Source: a virus
Lineage: Duplodnaviria; Heunggongvirae; Uroviricota; Caudoviricetes
Virus record (IMG/VR): IMGVR_UViG_2579778529_000009
Span: 1 to 31,614 of that record
DNA length: 31,614 bases
Strand: one strand, 5' to 3'
The translations under genes and the position numbers were made by a program. Under the pieces are notes generated by a model. It was not told where the DNA came from. It did no database searches and saw only the letters and a program-made list of their open reading frames with translations. Positions within the stretch are counted from its first letter, which is position 1. Each line of letters begins with the position of its first letter. Of the stretch, positions 27,035 to 31,614 are shown in pieces.

Positions 27035-27387
27035 ATGTTTTCGAAATGGAAGGGTTTCTTCGTGGGAGATGTGTACCGCGAGATCTGAAAGTGAATGAAA
27101 CGGATGCTGAATACCTAGTGCGTAAATTCGATGCGCTTGAAGCTAAATGTGCAGCACAGGAAAACAAAGTAATACCAGTGTCAACTGAACTGCCACCAGC
27201 AAATGAAAGTGTTTTGTTATTTGATGCTAATGGAGAAGGCTGGCTGATTGGCTGGCGTTCTCTCTGGTATACATGGGGGCAAAAAGAAACCGGAGAATGG
27301 CAGTGGACATTTCAGGTCGGGGACCTTGAAAACGTCAATATCACTCACTGGGCAGTAATGCCAAAAGCACCGGAGGCTGGAGCATAA
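27025..27387 (+). CDS. Hypothetical early protein (DUF551-like C-terminus)
   Basis: 120 aa; C-terminal ITHWAVMPKAPE resembles DUF551 signature; overlaps neighbours. Confidence 0.45.
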   Translation: MRMNVFEMEGFLRGRCVPRDLKVNETDAEYLVRKFDALEAKCAAQENKVIPVSTELPPANESVLLFDANGEGWLIGWRSLWYTWGQKETGEWQWTFQVGDLENVNITHWAVMPKAPEAGA

Positions 27388-28007
27388 TGACCACATTTAC
27401 CGATAAAGAACTGATTAAAGAAATCAAAGAACGAATCAGCAGCCTAGAGGTTCGAGACGATATTGAGCGCCGTGCTTATGAAATTGCTCTGGCATCGCTA
27501 GAAGAGGAGCCGGTGGCATGGCTGCATTCAGAAAATGGCTTAGGTATTCCGGCAATAACGAGGAGTAAAAACATTGCTGACAGTTGGTTATCAAAGGGCT
27601 GGTATGTTCAGCCGCTATATATAGCCAAGCCAGTGCCGGTGGTGCCAGATGCTCGTCCGTCTTTAAATAATGGCATAGTCGGTTTTGATGAAGGCTGGAA
27701 CGCCTGCCGCGCCGCCATGCTTCATGGTGCCGAACCTGTAAGCCAGACTTACAAGTTGAACAAGCTGTCGGGCAACTCTCCAGTAACTCCGGATGGTTGG
27801 ATAAGCTGTAGTGAGCGAATGCCGAACGATAAACAGTATGTTTGGTGTTGGGGGAAGCCTTACGGCTGGACTGAGTGCGATACCTTCGAAGGGTATTACG
27901 ATTGGTCGAGAAACAAATGGTGGGCAGTTACTGACGATAGGGAAGAACCGGCATCGAAAGTAACCCACTGGATGCCGCTACCGGAGCCGCCGCAGGAGGT
28001 GAAGTAA
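27387..28007 (+). CDS. DUF551 domain protein
   Basis: C-terminal WISCSERMPNDKQYVWCWG...THWMPLPEPP typical of DUF551 early-region proteins; ATGA coupling both sides. Confidence 0.6.
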   Translation: MTTFTDKELIKEIKERISSLEVRDDIERRAYEIALASLEEEPVAWLHSENGLGIPAITRSKNIADSWLSKGWYVQPLYIAKPVPVVPDARPSLNNGIVGFDEGWNACRAAMLHGAEPVSQTYKLNKLSGNSPVTPDGWISCSERMPNDKQYVWCWGKPYGWTECDTFEGYYDWSRNKWWAVTDDREEPASKVTHWMPLPEPPQEVK

Positions 28008-28201
28008 TGAACAACTTAATGACAACTAAACAAGTCGCCGACTTCTGTGGCGTTTCAGTATCGACTGTTCTTCGCTGGAACAGCGTAAACAGGAGAACTG
28101 GCCAGAAATACAGGCCTGACTTTCCAGATCCTGATATTAAATCCTGCCCAAATAAATGGGCATCACGCAAGATATACAGATTTGCTGGAGTTATTGAGTA
28201 A
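28007..28201 (+). CDS. AlpA/Xis-like small DNA-binding protein (putative excisionase/regulator)
   Basis: 64 aa; MTTKQVADFCGVSVSTVLRW HTH typical of AlpA/phage excisionase family; in integrase-proximal region. Confidence 0.6.
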   Translation: MNNLMTTKQVADFCGVSVSTVLRWNSVNRRTGQKYRPDFPDPDIKSCPNKWASRKIYRFAGVIE

Positions 28202-28414
28202 CGTGTATTATCTCAGATGGGAGCTGACATATCTATGGCACAGACCAAACTAATCTGACAGTCAAGTCTGTGCCAAGAGCAAACGTTGCTAATTTAATGT
28301 TAAGTTGTTTCTCTTGAAGACGATCACGCTATGATACAACCTATAAAATTATCGATATCTGAGAGAACCAGTAAAAAGTTTAAGTCAAGGGTTCTATAAG
28401 TGTGTTAATTTATT

Positions 28415-28445
28415 GGGAAGCAATAAGCTTCCCTTCTCTTTATTT
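28415..28445 (+). terminator. Intrinsic terminator at end of early-left operon, overlapping 3-prime end of convergent gene
   Basis: GGGAAGC-AATAA-GCTTCCC hairpin followed by TTCTCTTTATTT. Confidence 0.5.
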
Positions 28446-30140
28446 AGGTACGCTATCAACACTTTTGAGAATCGTTGATGTTAAAGGCTGCGACTTTAGT
28501 AAGTCTCGAGAAATATCCGGATCTGGTATAGCTATTTTTACTAAACTCTCAAGTTTTTCAAACCACTCCCCATCATTCATTGAGAATAAGTTATGAAGAG
28601 CTTCATTTTTATTTTTGAACCCCCAAGCCTTATAATTATTACCACAGTATTTTGACGCAGCAGTTAGAATATGCCAGCGTAATTTTGAATACTTCCCATC
28701 AAACCTCTTATTTGAGATAAGAGCCTTTAGCCTATACAAGCAATAGCAAGATATATAATAATCATCCTCGAGGGCATCGGAAGAGAAAACCTCATTAAGT
28801 AAGTCACCAGTTAACCTATTTGGATAACGACTGGAATAATCTGGTCTCATCATAACAATAGCAGCATATGCTCGCGCAACTTCTCTGATATCAAATATGC
28901 GTACTGGAGCTATACTTTCTGAACTATACTGCCCCTTTCTTCTCTCAAAATAAATTTTATTTCCTTCAATAGCACCTTTAGCATTAAAATAATGTTCTAA
29001 TTCCCTTAATTTTTTTAGCGTTGAAATGAACTGTGCATCTTCAACTTTAGATTGTCTATTCGTAGCTCGTACAATGTCATCAAGGATCGCTGGCTCATCG
29101 GTTTCAATTAATTTAATCATTAAACTAACTGATTCATCTACTTGAATGTCTTTTGATATAAGAACATTAGACGTTTGACATCCATTAACAATTTGAAAAT
29201 CTCGTATAAAAATTTCTTGCCCTGCAGGCCTCACGCTTGATGCAACTATTGTCACTCCATTATTCATTAAACCAAATCTTGCTTTTTTTCCATCAGTATC
29301 TAGTGTTCCTGCAATTTCTGAATTTACGTCACCATCAATTCCCAGAAAATCTCTAACATTTTCTTCGAATAATTTTTTTCGAGGGTTTCCATTTTTGTCT
29401 TTAAGTATAGAATCAATAAAACTACGAGCTTTGACTGTAGCTACATAGGCATTATTAATATTAGGGGCCGCTGGGAATGGAGCATAGCCTATTGTAGGAA
29501 GTTTAGCTTCTATTGGACCTTCCGCAGCAAGCCAAAGCTCATGAATCATGTCTTTGTGAGCCATAATGAAGGATGTTTCATGTGAAAACCCGAGTGACTT
29601 TAAGCTTTTTTCACCCGATGCAAATGCAGCTTTTATTTCTCTGGCCTCTGTATTTTGTGCAGCACTAAAAAAATATGCGTATAAGTCTGGAAGGCCATTT
29701 TTGACTCTGCCGATATTAGCAAATATCAAGTTGAACATTTTTTTAAAGTCCGCTAGATATTCACTGTGGGGTTGTTGTGGCGCTGGTGAAAGATAATCTC
29801 TTATTGACGCAATGTAAGAGTCTATTTCCTGTTTGCTCCACTTCTCCGATGACTTAGCTTGCGTGAATACTAATGAAACTTGAAACTCGCGACGTGAGTT
29901 TTGGAAAATCTCCTGAAGTTCTTCAGTTGAAAAAATGGCTCTGTCGTCTAAAAATAAAAATGCTCCATCAATACCAGGGTCCGGGCCTTCATACACAAGA
30001 TCACTGACCTCAACTTTGTCGCCTGAGTATTTTGAAAAAGCACAATAGTTCACAAACGCCTCAAAATTTTTGGTCTCCTCATAGGGCGCAGCGAATGCTT
30101 TGCAAAAGGCATCGAAATAAGATTTCGTGACTAAATGCAT
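28440..30140 (-). CDS. Large AT-rich orphan protein (about 566 aa); candidate abortive-infection/defence protein (AIPR-like?)
   Basis: ATG 30140 preceded by AAAGGAG; visibly lower GC than flanks; between xis-like gene and integrase, convergent with early-left operon; possible N-terminal nuclease-like acidic motif (GIDGAFLFLDD...FQVSLVFTQAK), unverified. Confidence 0.5.
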   Translation of the reverse strand: MHLVTKSYFDAFCKAFAAPYEETKNFEAFVNYCAFSKYSGDKVEVSDLVYEGPDPGIDGAFLFLDDRAIFSTEELQEIFQNSRREFQVSLVFTQAKSSEKWSKQEIDSYIASIRDYLSPAPQQPHSEYLADFKKMFNLIFANIGRVKNGLPDLYAYFFSAAQNTEAREIKAAFASGEKSLKSLGFSHETSFIMAHKDMIHELWLAAEGPIEAKLPTIGYAPFPAAPNINNAYVATVKARSFIDSILKDKNGNPRKKLFEENVRDFLGIDGDVNSEIAGTLDTDGKKARFGLMNNGVTIVASSVRPAGQEIFIRDFQIVNGCQTSNVLISKDIQVDESVSLMIKLIETDEPAILDDIVRATNRQSKVEDAQFISTLKKLRELEHYFNAKGAIEGNKIYFERRKGQYSSESIAPVRIFDIREVARAYAAIVMMRPDYSSRYPNRLTGDLLNEVFSSDALEDDYYISCYCLYRLKALISNKRFDGKYSKLRWHILTAASKYCGNNYKAWGFKNKNEALHNLFSMNDGEWFEKLESLVKIAIPDPDISRDLLKSQPLTSTILKSVDSVPK

Positions 30141-30390
30141 AAAAACTCCTTTCTGAAATAAGATAAGTTTATTAGAAACAACAAGATAAAGATAATAGTA
30201 ATACAAGTTAAAGACATACTGCATCACATAAGTTGGTCAAGATCAATAAATCAATAAGGATCCCCTATGTTTTATGTATTGTTGATAATTCTATCACCTC
30301 TTACTTCTGGTCTAAGCGTAACCTACTCAAGAATGCCATTGAAAATGTCCACTGTTCGCTCAAAACAGACTGTCAGGGCTACGCAAGCTG

Positions 30391-31614
30391 TCAGGTAGAT
30401 TCTGGGCCAGTACAAGTAACGATCGATTCAACTCTCTCCCACCATGCCTGATATGCTTTACGCTGTTCTTCTAGATAATCGCTCTTGTCATAAACCTGCC
30501 AAACCCCTGGCAGTTTATGGCCGAGCATTATTTCTGCAATATGAGGAGCAGTAAGATCAGAAAAGTTTGTTCGTGCTGTTCGCCTCAAATCATGAAGAGA
30601 CCAATGAGGGAATTGATGCCCCAAACGCCTCCATGCGTACTGCATTAAATTGTAAGGCAGCGACTGCAATGATGTTCGACCAACGGGTTCCCTGCTTCCT
30701 TCCTTAGTAAAAAGCATATCGGAACCATTGTTCATAGAGATAGCGTTCTTTATAAGCTCCTCCACCGGTTCAATAATGGGCCTCTTTAGCGGTTCGCCTG
30801 TTATCTCTCCAGTCTTATGTCGTTCTGGTGGTACAGTCCATACCTTATTAATGAAATCAAAATCGCCCACCCTGGCAGTAATTAGCTCTGAACTACGGCA
30901 GCCAAAATGCAGCAATAGCTTAATGAAGGCCCGGTATTTAGGAACCATTCGAGAACCATCGATCGCAGAATAAAGGATTTTAATTTCATCATGTGTCAGA
31001 AACCGTTTCTTCTGACCTTTACGGATATCCATATCTTTACCCGTGATATCCGACAGCGGGCGAGTTTCAATGAGCTTTCTCTTATACGCCCAGACATGGG
31101 CCTGCTTTGCGTTAATTAGCAATCGGTCTGCTATTGCTGGAGTCTTAGTGCTAAGAGGCTCCAGGACTTCTAACCAATCATGCAATGTAGCTGCATCGTG
31201 AGGGATATTCCCGATTTTAGAGAACAGGTGCAGCTCAAACGAGCGGAGTATCTGTTCAGAACCTTTTTTATTTTTTACACAATATGCTTCATACCAGGCA
31301 CGGATCACAGACTCTACCGTCATGGCTTCAGTAGCTTTTCGTTTTTCAGCCTGCTTGACCAATCGTGGATTACGGTTTGACTCAAGTTCACCACGGAGAC
31401 GGATAACTTCTTCTCTGGCCTCTTTTAATCCAGTTGCCGGGTAAGTTCCGATATCAAGACGCTCACCTTTCCCTGCCCATTGATAACGATATTGGAACAC
31501 TACGCGACCTTTCGGTGATACTCTGACAGACAGACCATCACGATCGGATTTAACCAAAACCTTATCACGTTCCTTTCCAACGACTGAACGCAACCACGCA
31601 TCAGACAACGCCAT
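30391..31614 (-). CDS. int: Tyrosine integrase, P4/CP4-57 (IntA-like) family
   Basis: 407 aa; N-terminal arm-binding DUF4102-like region (GLSVRVSPKGRVVFQYRYQWAGK); catalytic HDLRRT and C-terminal Tyr (VYDKSDYLEEQR); start codon is the last 3 nt of the window. Confidence 0.9.
   Translation of the reverse strand: MALSDAWLRSVVGKERDKVLVKSDRDGLSVRVSPKGRVVFQYRYQWAGKGERLDIGTYPATGLKEAREEVIRLRGELESNRNPRLVKQAEKRKATEAMTVESVIRAWYEAYCVKNKKGSEQILRSFELHLFSKIGNIPHDAATLHDWLEVLEPLSTKTPAIADRLLINAKQAHVWAYKRKLIETRPLSDITGKDMDIRKGQKKRFLTHDEIKILYSAIDGSRMVPKYRAFIKLLLHFGCRSSELITARVGDFDFINKVWTVPPERHKTGEITGEPLKRPIIEPVEELIKNAISMNNGSDMLFTKEGSREPVGRTSLQSLPYNLMQYAWRRLGHQFPHWSLHDLRRTARTNFSDLTAPHIAEIMLGHKLPGVWQVYDKSDYLEEQRKAYQAWWERVESIVTCTGPEST

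Overview
The whole 31.6 kb window is the interior of a lambdoid (lambda-like) enterobacterial prophage; no host flanks or att sites are visible. Protein identities come from reading the supplied translations against remembered family motifs and remembered lambda/E. coli K-12 sequences; no database search was run. Minus strand, high to low coordinates: P4/CP4-57-type tyrosine integrase (30391..31614, start codon at the window edge), an immunity region with divergent CI-like repressor (+) and Cro-like gene (-) around TTGC-N7-GCAA operator repeats, a cII-position gene, Rha-like regulator, replication gene with internal direct repeats, PerC-like protein, Dam-like N6-adenine methyltransferase, LexA-DNA-binding-domain-only protein, RusA, KilA-N protein, DUF968 protein, QuuD-like Q antiterminator, then an AT-rich cargo island, a glyT-like tRNA-Gly(UCC), a lysis cassette (holin, membrane protein, M15 endolysin, no spanin found), terminase small/large, W, portal, protease-capsid fusion, FII, Z, U, V, G/G-T, tape measure H, M and the start of L. 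Plus strand carries the early-left operon (HD-domain YfdR-like, two DUF551-like proteins, AlpA/Xis-like) and three AT-rich cargo loci. The best candidate for an undescribed system is the tightly coupled pair at 16461..17849: a 313-aa soluble protein followed by a 147-aa four-helix membrane protein, sitting in the Q-to-lysis slot. Its architecture and a few recalled motifs resemble lambda RexA/RexB (abortive infection), but it is not in the immunity region. Other cargo: an Ais/PmrG-like periplasmic histidine phosphatase with an upstream PmrA-box-like repeat (12736..13380), an AraC-family regulator (15440..16183), and a 566-aa AT-rich orphan ORF beside the integrase (28440..30140). Coordinates of CDSs are anchored to the ORF track; coordinates of hairpins, operators and repeats were counted by hand and may be off by 1-2 nt.
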